Assembly (NCBI GenBank): GCA_965223665.1
Contig: OZ245011.1
Coordinates: forward strand, 608,001-672,000
Length of the DNA: 64,000 bases
Direction of reading: 5' to 3'
From: Nitrospinaceae bacterium
Lineage (GTDB): Bacteria > Nitrospinota > Nitrospinia > Nitrospinales > Nitrospinaceae
The position numbers were made by a program, and so were the translations under genes. Shown here piece after piece: positions 28,642 to 39,249 of the stretch (positions are counted from its first letter, which is position 1; every line of letters starts with the position of its first letter). The notes below the pieces were generated by a model that saw only the letters and a program-made list of their open reading frames with translations, made no database searches and was not told where the DNA came from.

Positions 28642-29805
28642 ATGAAAATTGCCGTTGATGCAATGGGTGGAGATTTTGCTCCTGAGTCCATTGTAGAAGG
28701 ATCAGTTCTTGCCGCCAGAGAATTTGGCATTCCAATCATTCTGACTGGGATTGAAAGCCGCGTTCACCATGTTCTTGAAAAATATGATGACTGGAAATCT
28801 CTACCTATTGAAGTGCAGCACGCTGAAGAAGTTGTGGATATGGGAGAAAGTCCCAGTAAAGCTGTAAGAGGAAAAAGAAAATCTTCAATGAAAGTGGGGC
28901 TTGACTTAGTCAAAAGAGGTGAAGCCTCAGCGTTTGTAAGTGCGGGTAATACCGGGGCTGTGTTAGCTTATTCCACTATTATTTTAAGACCTTTAAAAGG
29001 AGTAGACCGACCTGCTATTGCTATTCAACTTCCTACACTCAAGGGGACCTCTATATTATTAGATGCAGGTGCTAATGTAGATTGTAAAACCATGCAGTTA
29101 TTTCAATTTGGTGTTATGGGCCATGTCTTTGCAAAATATATATTGGAAAAAGACAATCCAGGGGTAGGTTTATTGAGTATCGGTGAAGAAGATGGAAAAG
29201 GAAATGAGACCACAAAAGAAGCATTTAAGATGCTAAAAAAAAGTCATATTAATTTCATAGGAAATGTTGAGGGAAAAGAAGTCTATCGAGGGAATGCGGA
29301 CGTAATCGTTTGTGATGGTTTTACTGGAAATGTGGCGTTAAAAATAAGTGAAAGCCTCGCGGAAATGATAGGGACAAATTTAAAAACATTGTTCAGTACC
29401 AGTTATTCAACAAAATTAGGATATCTTTTATTAAAAAATCATTTGTTGGAATTTAAAAAATCTGTAGACTATTCAGAAAAAGGGGGGGCACCTTTATTGG
29501 GTGTCAATGGGGTTTGTATAATTGCTCATGGTAGCTCCAATGCCAAAGCAATTAAAAATGCAATTTTTCGTGCCCATGAACTCATCGAAAAAAAAATAAA
29601 TGAGCATATAAGTGAAGATATTGAAATCAATTTAGAGTCCAGTGTTGGGTCTTTTTGGCAAAACTTAAAAGAAAAAATTGTTCCTCGATCTGAGGAAGAG
29701 GAAAATATTCAGGAAGAAACCATTGAGGAACAAGAAGAGTCTTCAGAAACTGAAGAAGATGTCGATGAATCTGAAGATAAAGATAAAAAAGAAACAGAAG
29801 AGTAA
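28642..29805 (+). CDS. plsX: Phosphate acyltransferase PlsX (with acidic tail)
   Basis: IAVDAMGGDFAP, SAGNTGA, DGFTGNV. Confidence 0.97.
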   Translation: MKIAVDAMGGDFAPESIVEGSVLAAREFGIPIILTGIESRVHHVLEKYDDWKSLPIEVQHAEEVVDMGESPSKAVRGKRKSSMKVGLDLVKRGEASAFVSAGNTGAVLAYSTIILRPLKGVDRPAIAIQLPTLKGTSILLDAGANVDCKTMQLFQFGVMGHVFAKYILEKDNPGVGLLSIGEEDGKGNETTKEAFKMLKKSHINFIGNVEGKEVYRGNADVIVCDGFTGNVALKISESLAEMIGTNLKTLFSTSYSTKLGYLLLKNHLLEFKKSVDYSEKGGAPLLGVNGVCIIAHGSSNAKAIKNAIFRAHELIEKKINEHISEDIEINLESSVGSFWQNLKEKIVPRSEEEENIQEETIEEQEESSETEEDVDESEDKDKKETEE

Positions 29806-29842
29806 TTTGCAAAGGAATGCGGTTTAATTAAAACATTAACGC

Positions 29843-30844
29843 ATGAGCCAACAGATACCATTTAAGGCAGAGATAATCGCCACGGGTGCTTATCTGCCAG
29901 AAAAAGTACTTACTAATCAAGACTTAGAAAGTACCTTAAATACTACCGATGAGTGGATCCGAACCAGAACTGGTATCTCTGAACGGAGAATTGCTCGTAA
30001 AGACGAGTTTGCGTCAACTTTAGGAACCGAGGCTTCCAGAATGGCTTTATTAAAAGCTGGAATGAATCCTAAAGAAATCGACATGATAATTACTTGCACC
30101 TCGACACCAGATGTGATTTACCCATCCACCGGCTGTTTTATTCAAAAAGAATTAGGAGCATCCAAGGCGGCAGCTTATGACATTTCTGCAGTTTGTTCCG
30201 GGTTTGTTTATGGATTATCTATTGCAGAGCAGTATTTAAAGTGTGGGCGTTACGAAAATATTTTAGTCATAGGTACTGAAGTAAACTCTAGAATTTTGGA
30301 TTGGTCTGACCGTGGTACTTGTATATTATTTGGTGATGGAGCTGGAGCGGCAATTTTAAGGAAGTCCAGTAAAGAAATTCCCACTGGAATTTTATCCTCT
30401 CATATTTATTCCGATGGAACCCAATCAGAAATGGTTATTGTGCCTGGGGGAATAGGTAGAACTTCGATGACTCATGAGTCGGTTAACAATAAAATGTTTT
30501 GTTTGAAAATGGCTGGGCAGTCCACTTTCAAAGTGGCGGTAAAAAGAATGGTAGAAGTGAGTATTGAGGCATTAGAGCTACATGGGTTAACAAAAGATGA
30601 TGTGGATTTAGTCATTCCCCACCAAGCTAATCAAAGAATTATTGAGGCAGTTTCTGAAAAATTGGGAATCGGGATGGATCGCATTATGGTCAATATAAAT
30701 AAATATGGAAATACAGGAGGTGCTTCAATTCCCATTGCACTTCATGAAGCTTATGAATCCGGTAGAATTAAACCCGGTTCGCTGATACTACTAACCGCTT
30801 TAGGAGCGGGATTAACATGGGGGGCGACTGCAATTCGATGGTAA
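29843..30844 (+). CDS. fabH: 3-oxoacyl-ACP synthase III
   Basis: AVCSGF, FGDGAGA, PHQAN, YGNT. Confidence 0.97.
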   Translation: MSQQIPFKAEIIATGAYLPEKVLTNQDLESTLNTTDEWIRTRTGISERRIARKDEFASTLGTEASRMALLKAGMNPKEIDMIITCTSTPDVIYPSTGCFIQKELGASKAAAYDISAVCSGFVYGLSIAEQYLKCGRYENILVIGTEVNSRILDWSDRGTCILFGDGAGAAILRKSSKEIPTGILSSHIYSDGTQSEMVIVPGGIGRTSMTHESVNNKMFCLKMAGQSTFKVAVKRMVEVSIEALELHGLTKDDVDLVIPHQANQRIIEAVSEKLGIGMDRIMVNINKYGNTGGASIPIALHEAYESGRIKPGSLILLTALGAGLTWGATAIRW

Positions 30845-31788
30845 AAATAGCTTTTCTTTTTCCAGGTCAAGGTTCCCAATTTGTTGGAATGGGAAAGGAA
30901 TTTTATGAGAGTGACCCAGAGTCTCGGTCAATGTTTGAAGAAGCTTCCGAAGTACTCGGAGAGGATTTCTCCAAAATTTGTTTTGAAGGACCGGAGGATG
31001 TTCTTAAATTAACTCAAAATGCGCAACCAGCACTATTAATCCATAGTACAATTGCCTTGAAAAGGCTAAAGGAAAATGGTATTAATTCGGTATTGGCGGC
31101 TGGCCATAGTTTAGGAGAATATTCTGCTTTAGTGGCCGCCGGCTCCTTGCAATTTAAAGATGCTGTGCATTTGGTAAGACAGCGAGGCCGTTTCATGCAG
31201 GAAGCTGTACCCGTGGGAATAGGGGCCATGTCAGCTATTATTGGTTTGCCTATTGAAAAGGTACAAGATCTTTGCAACCAAGCCTCCACTCCAGAAAAAG
31301 TTGTTCAACCCGCCAATATGAATAGCCCGCAACAAACTGTGATTGCAGGTCATAAGGAACAGGTTGAACAGGTGTCGGAATTAGCGAAAAAGTCTGGCGC
31401 AAAAAAGACCGTAATTTTGCCAGTCAGCGCTCCATTCCATTGCTCTCTCATGAAACCTGCAGAGAGAAAACTTCAAGTAGAGTTAGAAAAAACGGATTTT
31501 CAAAATTTGTCAATTCCAGTTGTTACAAATATTAATGCAAAACCAGTTACTCAAGGAAATGAAGCCAGGGAAGCTTTGGTGAAACAAGTATGTTCTCCTG
31601 TCCGCTGGACAGAAACTATGCAATATATTGTGAGTCAAGGCATTAATGCTATTGTAGAATTGGGGTCGGGAAAAGTTTTATCCGGGTTGATAAAAAGGTT
31701 TGATAAAAGTATTGAGTGTTTTCAAGTAGGGGATCCGGAATCATTAGAAAAATCAATTTCGGGTTTGAAACAAGTTCAAGCAGGATAA
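30838..31788 (+). CDS. fabD: Malonyl-CoA:ACP transacylase
   Basis: FPGQGSQ, GHSLGEY, VSAPFH; ATG at 30838. Confidence 0.97.
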   Translation: MVKIAFLFPGQGSQFVGMGKEFYESDPESRSMFEEASEVLGEDFSKICFEGPEDVLKLTQNAQPALLIHSTIALKRLKENGINSVLAAGHSLGEYSALVAAGSLQFKDAVHLVRQRGRFMQEAVPVGIGAMSAIIGLPIEKVQDLCNQASTPEKVVQPANMNSPQQTVIAGHKEQVEQVSELAKKSGAKKTVILPVSAPFHCSLMKPAERKLQVELEKTDFQNLSIPVVTNINAKPVTQGNEAREALVKQVCSPVRWTETMQYIVSQGINAIVELGSGKVLSGLIKRFDKSIECFQVGDPESLEKSISGLKQVQAG

Positions 31789-31790
31789 GG

Positions 31791-32531
31791 ATGGAGCTTA
31801 AAAATAAAATTGCATTGGTGACCGGTGGAGCCCGTGGTATTGGCAAAACTGTTGGTGAGCATTTGGGTCAATTAGGAGCCCATGTAGTCTTAGGTGATGT
31901 CCAATTGGATATGGCACAAAAGACGGCTGAAGAAATAAAAATGGATGGTGGATCTGCTTCAGCGGTGGAATTAAATGTTACGAACGGGGAACAAGTACAA
32001 AATGTTTTTGATTCTATTTCAAAAGAATTTAAACTGGTAGACATTCTTGTTAATAATGCAGGAATTACTCGTGACGGTTTGTTAATGAGAATGAAGGAAT
32101 CCGATTGGGATTTAGTTTTAAATATCAATCTCAAAGGGAGCTTCCTTTGCAGTCAGCAAGCGGCAAAGCAGATGATCAAACAAAAGGATGGGGCGATTGT
32201 TAATATAGCTTCTATTGTTGGTTTGATGGGAAATGCCGGACAAGCCAATTATTCGGCTTCAAAAGCAGGGTTGATAGGATTAACCAAAACCACTGCGAGA
32301 GAAGTTGCCTCTCGTGGGATTCGAGTGAATGCAATTGCTCCTGGGTTTATAGATACAGCAATGACCCAAGAGTTGGATGATAAGGTTCGAGAAAAACTTA
32401 TTGAACAAATTCCTCTTGCCAAATTAGGGCAACCGGAAGATATTGCAAATTGTGTGAGTTTTTTAGTTTCTGACCGGGCGCGTTATATCACAGGTCAGGT
32501 AATTAGTGTAAACGGTGGGATGTTGATGTAA
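31791..32531 (+). CDS. fabG: 3-oxoacyl-ACP reductase
   Basis: TGGARGIG, NNAGITRD, YSASK; ATG at 31791. Confidence 0.97.
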   Translation: MELKNKIALVTGGARGIGKTVGEHLGQLGAHVVLGDVQLDMAQKTAEEIKMDGGSASAVELNVTNGEQVQNVFDSISKEFKLVDILVNNAGITRDGLLMRMKESDWDLVLNINLKGSFLCSQQAAKQMIKQKDGAIVNIASIVGLMGNAGQANYSASKAGLIGLTKTTAREVASRGIRVNAIAPGFIDTAMTQELDDKVREKLIEQIPLAKLGQPEDIANCVSFLVSDRARYITGQVISVNGGMLM

Positions 32532-32553
32532 CATCTTTTAGGAGTCAGTCACT

Positions 32554-32787
32554 ATGTCTGTTGAAGAAAAAGTAAAAGAAATAATCGTTGATCAATTAGG
32601 AGTTGAAGAAAAACAAGTTTCAGGAAATGCTGCTTTTATTGATGATTTGGGAGCAGACTCCCTGGACACAGTTGAATTGGTTATGGCTTTAGAAGAGGCT
32701 TTCGATATAGAAATCCCTGATGAAGAAGCCGAGAAAATTTCTACCGTTCAAGACGCTGTCGATTATATCAATAATCATACCAACTAA
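32554..32787 (+). CDS. acpP: Acyl carrier protein
   Basis: [18 protein letters not shown]. Confidence 0.99.
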   Translation: MSVEEKVKEIIVDQLGVEEKQVSGNAAFIDDLGADSLDTVELVMALEEAFDIEIPDEEAEKISTVQDAVDYINNHTN

Positions 32788-32825
32788 ATCTACTATCATT
32801 TTATTTTTACCATTTGTAACAAACT

Positions 32826-34067
32826 ATGACTAGAAGAGTTGTCATCACAGGCATTGGAATGCTCACGCCATTGGGGAATGGGCTAGAAAAAAATTGGTCT
32901 TCTGTAATTGAAGGGAAGTCTGGGGTTCGGTCTTTGACTAAATTCCCCGTGGATGAAAACTTTCCAGTACGTATTGCGGGCGAAGTTGATGGTTTTAAGC
33001 CCGAGGATTATATTGACCATAAAGATGTAAAAAAAATGGATACTTTCATTCACTATGCTGTTGCCTGCAGTAAAATGGCTCTAACAGACTCTGAATTTTT
33101 AATTACAGAGGAAAATGCAGAGAGAGTCGGGGTATTAGTTGGGGTTGGTCTTGGCGGCTTACCTGCAATTGAAAGATATAACCAGATTTATCAAAATCGA
33201 GGGGTGAAAAAAATTACGCCATTTTTTATACCCATGCTTATTCCCAATTTAGCTTCAGGACAAGTTTCTATATTGTTAGGTGCGAAAGGCCCTAATTCCT
33301 GCGTTGTAACAGCTTGTGCTACTGGAACCCATGCGATTGGTGACGCATTTCGAATGATTCAAAATGATATTGCAGATGTAATGATAGCGGGAGGAACAGA
33401 ATCTGTAATTACACCATTGGCAATTGGGGGGTTTGCGGCTGCAAAGGCACTGTCAACACGTAATGATGATCCGGAAACTGCAAGTCGACCTTTTGACATT
33501 GATCGTGACGGTTTTGTTATGGGTGAAGGATGTGGAATTGTAATATTGGAAGAATATGAAAAAGCTAAGAAACGTGGTGCAAATATATATGCTGAAGTTG
33601 CAGGTTATGCCTTAAATGGGGATGCTTTTCACATCACAGCCACTTCTCCGGGTGGTGAAGGTGCAGCCCGATGTATGAAATTAGCCTTGGAAGATGCAAA
33701 AATGAATGTTGATGAAATTGACTATATTAATGCTCATGGAACTTCTACTGCAGCTGATGCTACTGAGACGAATGCTATTAAAACAGTATTTGGAGATCAT
33801 GCATATAAATTAAAAGTTAGTTCCACCAAATCCATGACAGGACATTTGTTAGGTGCCGCTGGAGGGGTTGAGGCAATCTATTCTGCGATGGCAATTAAAA
33901 AGGGAATAATACCACCCACCATAAATTATTCAAATCCTGACCCGGAATGTGATTTAAACTATGTTCCTAATAATGCAATTGAGCAACCAATCCGGGCAGC
34001 CATTTCTAATTCTTTTGGGTTTGGAGGAACTAACGGAGTGTTAGTTTTAAAACAACCGATGAATTGA
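32826..34067 (+). CDS. fabF: 3-oxoacyl-ACP synthase II
   Basis: TACATG, HGTST, GHLLGAAG, SNSFGFGG. Confidence 0.98.
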   Translation: MTRRVVITGIGMLTPLGNGLEKNWSSVIEGKSGVRSLTKFPVDENFPVRIAGEVDGFKPEDYIDHKDVKKMDTFIHYAVACSKMALTDSEFLITEENAERVGVLVGVGLGGLPAIERYNQIYQNRGVKKITPFFIPMLIPNLASGQVSILLGAKGPNSCVVTACATGTHAIGDAFRMIQNDIADVMIAGGTESVITPLAIGGFAAAKALSTRNDDPETASRPFDIDRDGFVMGEGCGIVILEEYEKAKKRGANIYAEVAGYALNGDAFHITATSPGGEGAARCMKLALEDAKMNVDEIDYINAHGTSTAADATETNAIKTVFGDHAYKLKVSSTKSMTGHLLGAAGGVEAIYSAMAIKKGIIPPTINYSNPDPECDLNYVPNNAIEQPIRAAISNSFGFGGTNGVLVLKQPMN

Positions 34068-34780
34068 CTGGCGGAATGCTAACTCAAGAAAGAATAGATC
34101 ATCTCACCAATTTCCAAAGTAATTTGGGATACTCTTTTGTAAACATTGCCCTCCTAAACAAAGCTCTTACCCACAAATCGTTTGTAAATGAAAGTCCGGA
34201 TAAACTTAAAAATAATGAGCGATTTGAGTTTTTGGGTGATTCCGTTTTAGATCTCATTGTAAGTAATTTTTTAGTTAAAGAATATTTGGATTATGCAGAG
34301 GGAGCTTTATCAAAAATTCGTGCGGCTGTTGTAAATGAAACTTGTTTAGCGGGCCTTGCAAGAGAAATTAATCTTGGTGAATTTCTTTTGCTGGGTAAAG
34401 GAGAAGAACTATCCGGTGGGCGCAATAAAAATTCGCTTTTAGCCAATGCATTTGAAGCCGTAGCCGGGGCAGTATATTTTGATAGTAGTTATGATAAAGC
34501 TTCTGAAGTATTATTGCCTAAGTTAATGCCTCAAATTCTAAAATATGCAGAAACCTGGGAATTTCGGGATTTTAAAAGTGAATTGCAAGAGTATACTCAA
34601 ATCCACTTAAATTGCATTCCTACCTATCAAGTAATTAATGAGTTCGGCCCTGACCATGCCAAACAATTTGAAGTAACAGTTTCTATGAATAATAAAGGTC
34701 AGGGAAAGGGGATTGGTAGAAGTAAAAAGGAAGCCGAACAAGCTGCCGCAAAGGCCGCACTACTAAATCTTCAAAAGTGA
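34064..34780 (+). CDS. rnc: Ribonuclease III
   Basis: NERFEFLGDSVL, C-terminal dsRBD with SKKEAEQ.AA. Confidence 0.97.
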   Translation: MTGGMLTQERIDHLTNFQSNLGYSFVNIALLNKALTHKSFVNESPDKLKNNERFEFLGDSVLDLIVSNFLVKEYLDYAEGALSKIRAAVVNETCLAGLAREINLGEFLLLGKGEELSGGRNKNSLLANAFEAVAGAVYFDSSYDKASEVLLPKLMPQILKYAETWEFRDFKSELQEYTQIHLNCIPTYQVINEFGPDHAKQFEVTVSMNNKGQGKGIGRSKKEAEQAAAKAALLNLQK

Positions 34781-34783
34781 AAA

Positions 34784-35797
34784 ATGGCAAAGAATTTCAT
34801 TATTGTTCCAATTTTTATTTCCCATCAAGGCTGTCCATACCGTTGTGTCTATTGTGACCAAAATAAAATTTCAGGATCACAGAAGCAATTGGATCAACAC
34901 GTCATAAGTCAAACCATTAAAACCTATCTTCAACAAAATTCAGAAGCTTTAATGTCTCCCGTAAGAGAGGTGGCCTTTTATGGAGGAACCTTTACCGGCT
35001 TGCCCTTAGAACGTCAAAAATTTTTGTTAGGTTTAATCCAACCTTATTTCGAAAAAGGATTAATTAACTCTATTCGTCTTTCTACTCATCCTCAAATGAT
35101 AGCCTCAGAAAATTTAAAATTTTTAAAAAAATTTAATGTGAGAACAATAGAGTTAGGGGTTCAGTCCACAGATAAAGAAGTTTTAGAATTATCAGGAAGA
35201 GAAAACTCGGTTGATAATTTGTCTGAAAAGATAGAATTAATAAAAAACTATAATTTTCAACTTGGAATTCAACTAATGGCGGGTCTGCCTGGAGATACCC
35301 GGGTGAAATTCCAGGCCTCGGTTAATGATGTAATTGAATTAAAGCCTAATTTTGTTCGACTTTATCCAGCTTTAGTTATTCGAAATACAAAATTACATGA
35401 ATTATATTTAAATGGAGATTATACTCCCTGGTCTTTGGAAAAAATGATAGAGAGTTTAAAGGACGCTGTAAGTAAATTTCGATCAAATAGTATTAGGGTA
35501 ATCAGAATTGGCCTTCACCCGGAACCCTCTTTATTTAGAGATTTAGTTGCTGGACCTTTCGATCCTGGAATCAGAGACAAAGTAGAATCTCAAATTTGTT
35601 TAGATCAAATGGTTAAAAAAATTAAAAATGTATCCTTGAATTATAAAAAATTTTATTTTAAGGTTCCCTTAAACAAGACATCTGACTTTATAGGTTATCG
35701 AAGGGAAAATATTCATAAGTTAAAAATTCTTTTCCCAAATTCGGATATAAAGATTCAAGGGGATAAGGTTTGTCAGCAATTAGAATTAATAAATTAA
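34784..35797 (+). CDS. Radical SAM protein (Elp3/YhcC-like)
   Basis: CPYRCVYC, FYGGTFT, ELGVQS; follows rnc. Confidence 0.88.
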   Translation: MAKNFIIVPIFISHQGCPYRCVYCDQNKISGSQKQLDQHVISQTIKTYLQQNSEALMSPVREVAFYGGTFTGLPLERQKFLLGLIQPYFEKGLINSIRLSTHPQMIASENLKFLKKFNVRTIELGVQSTDKEVLELSGRENSVDNLSEKIELIKNYNFQLGIQLMAGLPGDTRVKFQASVNDVIELKPNFVRLYPALVIRNTKLHELYLNGDYTPWSLEKMIESLKDAVSKFRSNSIRVIRIGLHPEPSLFRDLVAGPFDPGIRDKVESQICLDQMVKKIKNVSLNYKKFYFKVPLNKTSDFIGYRRENIHKLKILFPNSDIKIQGDKVCQQLELIN

Positions 35798-35830
35798 TTA
35801 CATTTAAATATAAAAAAGGAGCGGTATCAA

Positions 35831-36115
35831 ATGGTAACAATCGGTATGAACTATAAAATAATTCCAGGCAAAGAGGAAGTTTTTGAAGGAGCATTTAATA
35901 AAGTTTTGAAACTAATGAGTACTATGGAAGGTCATACAAACTCAGCTCTTTATAAAGATATAAATGATTCACAAACCTATTTAATTGTTTCTGAATGGAG
36001 TTCTGAGGAAAGCTATCAAGGATTCATTAATTCGGATAAATTTGCTGGTGTAGTGGATTGGGGAAAAGAAAATATTTTGGCTGGTCGACCATCGCATACT
36101 CTTTACCGTCATTAA
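35831..36115 (+). CDS. Antibiotic biosynthesis monooxygenase (ABM) domain protein
   Basis: PGKEEVFE..F, YLIVSEW.S.E.Y..F pattern. Confidence 0.85.
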   Translation: MVTIGMNYKIIPGKEEVFEGAFNKVLKLMSTMEGHTNSALYKDINDSQTYLIVSEWSSEESYQGFINSDKFAGVVDWGKENILAGRPSHTLYRH

Positions 36116-36139
36116 ACATTAATAAAATATGCTAGGCAG

Positions 36140-36171
36140 GAGTTGGAAGTTGAGCTTCCAACTCTTATTTT
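36140..36171 (+). terminator. Intrinsic terminator
   Basis: gagttggaag/cttccaactc 10-bp stem followed by ttatttt. Confidence 0.75.
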
Positions 36172-36192
36172 CCTCCACCAAAAACCAAAGTT

Positions 36193-36405
36193 TTAACCTT
36201 TGGATATAGGGGTATGTTCAATCTCTCCTTTTTTAATGCATTTCATTATTTTGTTATAAAAATGTTCGCTTTCGTGGGACAAATGATCTTCAACCTGCCA
36301 ACGTATGGTTACCAATTTCCCGTCTGGATGGTTAAGAATTTTCAAAACTTCTCCAATATTCCCAGAAAGGGGTTCGAATAAAGAATCGCCGATTTGGAGT
36401 TTCAT
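36193..36405 (-). CDS. Small hypothetical protein
   Basis: 70-aa ORF, ATG preceded by agga; protein-like composition. Confidence 0.6.
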   Translation of the reverse strand: MKLQIGDSLFEPLSGNIGEVLKILNHPDGKLVTIRWQVEDHLSHESEHFYNKIMKCIKKGEIEHTPISKG

Positions 36406-36498
36406 TTTTTTCCTATTGACTGTTTTAAATGGACTCTTATTATATACCCTTCAAAAAACTATAGTTATTAATTCGATTTTAATCGCTGGAGGATATAT

Positions 36499-36744
36499 AT
36501 GGCCTATATTACCATGGCGCCGATGTATGCAACCATGACATCGGGAAAAGTAGATGAATTTTTGGTTCAAATTGGAGATACCATTAAAAAAGGCACTCCT
36601 GTTGCAGAAATTGTAGCTGAAGGATATTTCACCTTGATTTCCGAATATGATGGGGTTGTAAAGGAAATTTATGTAGGAGAAGGTGAATACGTGGAAGTAG
36701 ATACTCCTTTAATTGAAATTGAGGAAGAGGAAGAAGAAAGTTAG
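36499..36744 (+). CDS. Stand-alone biotin/lipoyl-attachment-fold protein lacking the acceptor lysine
   Basis: V..GD.I..G.PV.EI....S.YDGVVKEI.V.EG..V.V.TPL fold; SD ggagga. Confidence 0.8.
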   Translation: MAYITMAPMYATMTSGKVDEFLVQIGDTIKKGTPVAEIVAEGYFTLISEYDGVVKEIYVGEGEYVEVDTPLIEIEEEEEES

Positions 36745-36746
36745 TT

Positions 36747-37673
36747 TTAAAATAATGGCTTTTGGTCATCCCTTTCTTTATGTTCTGAAATGGAATCAGT
36801 TTCAGTATTTTGGGGCTTTGGTGTAATTAAATTTGAGTCTTCATTTTTTTGCTTTGTTAATTCAATAAAATTTTGATCCTTTTCAAGATTTAATTCAAAT
36901 TTTCTTTCAGAAATTCGCGAACGGACGAGTTCCTTATCTATGGCTTCTAAATTTAGTTTCGCCTGCTTTAAACTAGAATCAATTTTTAAAGCCGCTTGGT
37001 ATTCTTTTTTGGCTTTTAATAAATTATTATTAAAATAAAAATATAGGTTTGCTAAATTTAAGCGTGCTTTTAAATTTTTTTGATTATTTTTAATGGCTTT
37101 TTTAAAAGAATTTTCTGCTTTTTTATATTTTTTCTGATTCGCATAAATTACACCAAGATTATTTAAAATTTGTGGCATATTTGGTTTAATTTTTAGTGCG
37201 GCAATATATTCTTCCTCAGCTTTTTTAAAGTTTTTAGTCTTTGAGTATAAAATTGCCAAATTAAAATGGGCTTTTGCATATTCCGGATCCATTTCTAAAG
37301 CTGCCAGAAATTCCTTTTCTGCTTTGGTAAACTTTTTTCTTTTAAATAGTTTTTTCCCGTTTTCTAAATGCTGGAAGGGATAAAGAATTTTTTTTGGGGC
37401 AGAATTTTCAATTAATTTATATTTTTTTGATTTTATTTTCGGGACGTTGGAGAAATCACCATTTGGCCAATTATAAAGAGATGGGTCTCCTAATAAACTT
37501 GTATGATATTTGGCAACCTTCACCAAATATTTGTTTTTATTGAAATTTTTATTTTGTTCAACAATCGAATGATTGGAAGATGCGGCGAAAGTTAGATTGA
37601 CGGTAATGAATAATATTCCTAAAGAAACTGGGTACTGCTTGTAAAAACGGTTACTAATAATACGATCTTTCAT
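36747..37673 (-). CDS. Exported TPR-repeat protein
   Basis: Hydrophobic N-terminus; AHFNLA, LNNLG, ARLNLA TPR motifs. Confidence 0.85.
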   Translation of the reverse strand: MKDRIISNRFYKQYPVSLGILFITVNLTFAASSNHSIVEQNKNFNKNKYLVKVAKYHTSLLGDPSLYNWPNGDFSNVPKIKSKKYKLIENSAPKKILYPFQHLENGKKLFKRKKFTKAEKEFLAALEMDPEYAKAHFNLAILYSKTKNFKKAEEEYIAALKIKPNMPQILNNLGVIYANQKKYKKAENSFKKAIKNNQKNLKARLNLANLYFYFNNNLLKAKKEYQAALKIDSSLKQAKLNLEAIDKELVRSRISERKFELNLEKDQNFIELTKQKNEDSNLITPKPQNTETDSISEHKERDDQKPLF

Positions 37674-37823
37674 GTACCCTCCAGGGAAATACTAGTTATA
37701 AAAATAACCAAAAATTTATGGAGATCAATAAAGAAAAACTCTTATGAATTATCCCTTATTTGACATTATAAAAATAAAAAGATCATTTCTAGTGACAAGT
37801 TAGTTACATTATTGATTCAAGTT

Positions 37824-39176
37824 TTATAGATAAGAGAAAATAACAGTCGTTGTAGATAGGTAAGTGAAAAGACCAATAATATCATTAATTACGGTTACCA
37901 TGGGGCCAGTACTAATCGCTGGGTCAATTTTCATTTTCACAAAGAATAAAGGTAACGTTGAGCCGATAATAGACGCCATAGAAACCGCCAAAAAAATTCC
38001 CAATCCCAAAGACAAGCCTAAGAGTGAATTTCCATTTGGAAGTAAATTAGAAAAGGCTGTCAAAATAATACCACACCCTGCCCCAAATAAAAGACCATTT
38101 AAAACTCCAACTTTTATTTCACTAAATACAATTGTTTTAAGATTATCTGTTTGAACATCACCCGTTGCCATACCACGTACAATAATAGTTGCTCCTTGAA
38201 TTCCAACGTTCCCTGCAAGGCCAAGTACAAAAGGTATGAAAAGTAAAACAATCGAATATTCAGCTAAAGTTAGCTCGAATTGTTTTAATATTAAAGCACT
38301 TACCATTCCTCCAATAAAGGTTGTTAATAACCAGGGAGCTCGTGCTGCAATTTTGGTGATCGTCCGTTTGGCAAATGGATTAACCTTTGCGGTACCCGCC
38401 ATGGTGTAAATATCATCGTCGGTAGTATGTTTTAATCCTCTAAAAACATCATCAAAGTTAACAATGCCATGAATAAGATTGTCCGAATCAATAACGGGCA
38501 GAATACTTAAATGCTCGTGATCCATAATATTTGCGATTTTTTCACAAGAATCTTCAAGAAAAACACTTGGAGTTGATTCTCTTATAAAATTTGAAGCTTG
38601 GGCATTCGGTTGAACATTTAATAGATCCCGTAATTTAAAATAACCTAAAAGTTCCTTTTCATCATTAACGACATAAAAATTTAGACCCCGATCTGCCTTA
38701 TTTTCTCTAACAAATTTCATCAAAATATCACCCGCTACTTCATTTGGAGAGACTCTGTTAAATTCAGGGGACATTAAACCACCTGCAGTTTCTTCATTAT
38801 ATTGAATTAAATTTTTAAGGGATTGAGCCTCATCGGGTTCCATTTGCTCAAGAATTTTTTCCTGAACTTCGGGTTCATGCTCCTGTAATATGTCTGCGGC
38901 TTCATCTTGCGGCATACCTTCGAGAAAGGGGGCCATAAAATCATGACCTAAGGACTCGATCAACTCTTTTCGGCTTTCGATATCTGTTTCGTATAGAACT
39001 TCCTGCCGCTTTGTATCATCCCCAAGGCATTGAAAAATTTTGACTTTTTCTTCTTTAGATAGTTGATGGAGAAGCCGGGCTATATCAAAATGATCAAAAG
39101 ATTCCAAGTTTGTTTGAAAATCCTGGTCTGATAAATCCGGGTCTGAAAAATATGATTTTAATTTATCAATTGCCAT
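37824..39176 (-). CDS. mgtE: Magnesium transporter MgtE
   Basis: Y.EETAGGLM, CBS pair, R.PWL, GNVGIQ, DPA..TGP.VT..ND. Confidence 0.95.
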   Translation of the reverse strand: MAIDKLKSYFSDPDLSDQDFQTNLESFDHFDIARLLHQLSKEEKVKIFQCLGDDTKRQEVLYETDIESRKELIESLGHDFMAPFLEGMPQDEAADILQEHEPEVQEKILEQMEPDEAQSLKNLIQYNEETAGGLMSPEFNRVSPNEVAGDILMKFVRENKADRGLNFYVVNDEKELLGYFKLRDLLNVQPNAQASNFIRESTPSVFLEDSCEKIANIMDHEHLSILPVIDSDNLIHGIVNFDDVFRGLKHTTDDDIYTMAGTAKVNPFAKRTITKIAARAPWLLTTFIGGMVSALILKQFELTLAEYSIVLLFIPFVLGLAGNVGIQGATIIVRGMATGDVQTDNLKTIVFSEIKVGVLNGLLFGAGCGIILTAFSNLLPNGNSLLGLSLGLGIFLAVSMASIIGSTLPLFFVKMKIDPAISTGPMVTVINDIIGLFTYLSTTTVIFSYL

Positions 39177-39249
39177 GGTTTTGATATTATTAGCACAAAG
39201 AGTATTTTGTAAACTGTATTATAACGAAAAAATTTAGGAGTTTTGATTA

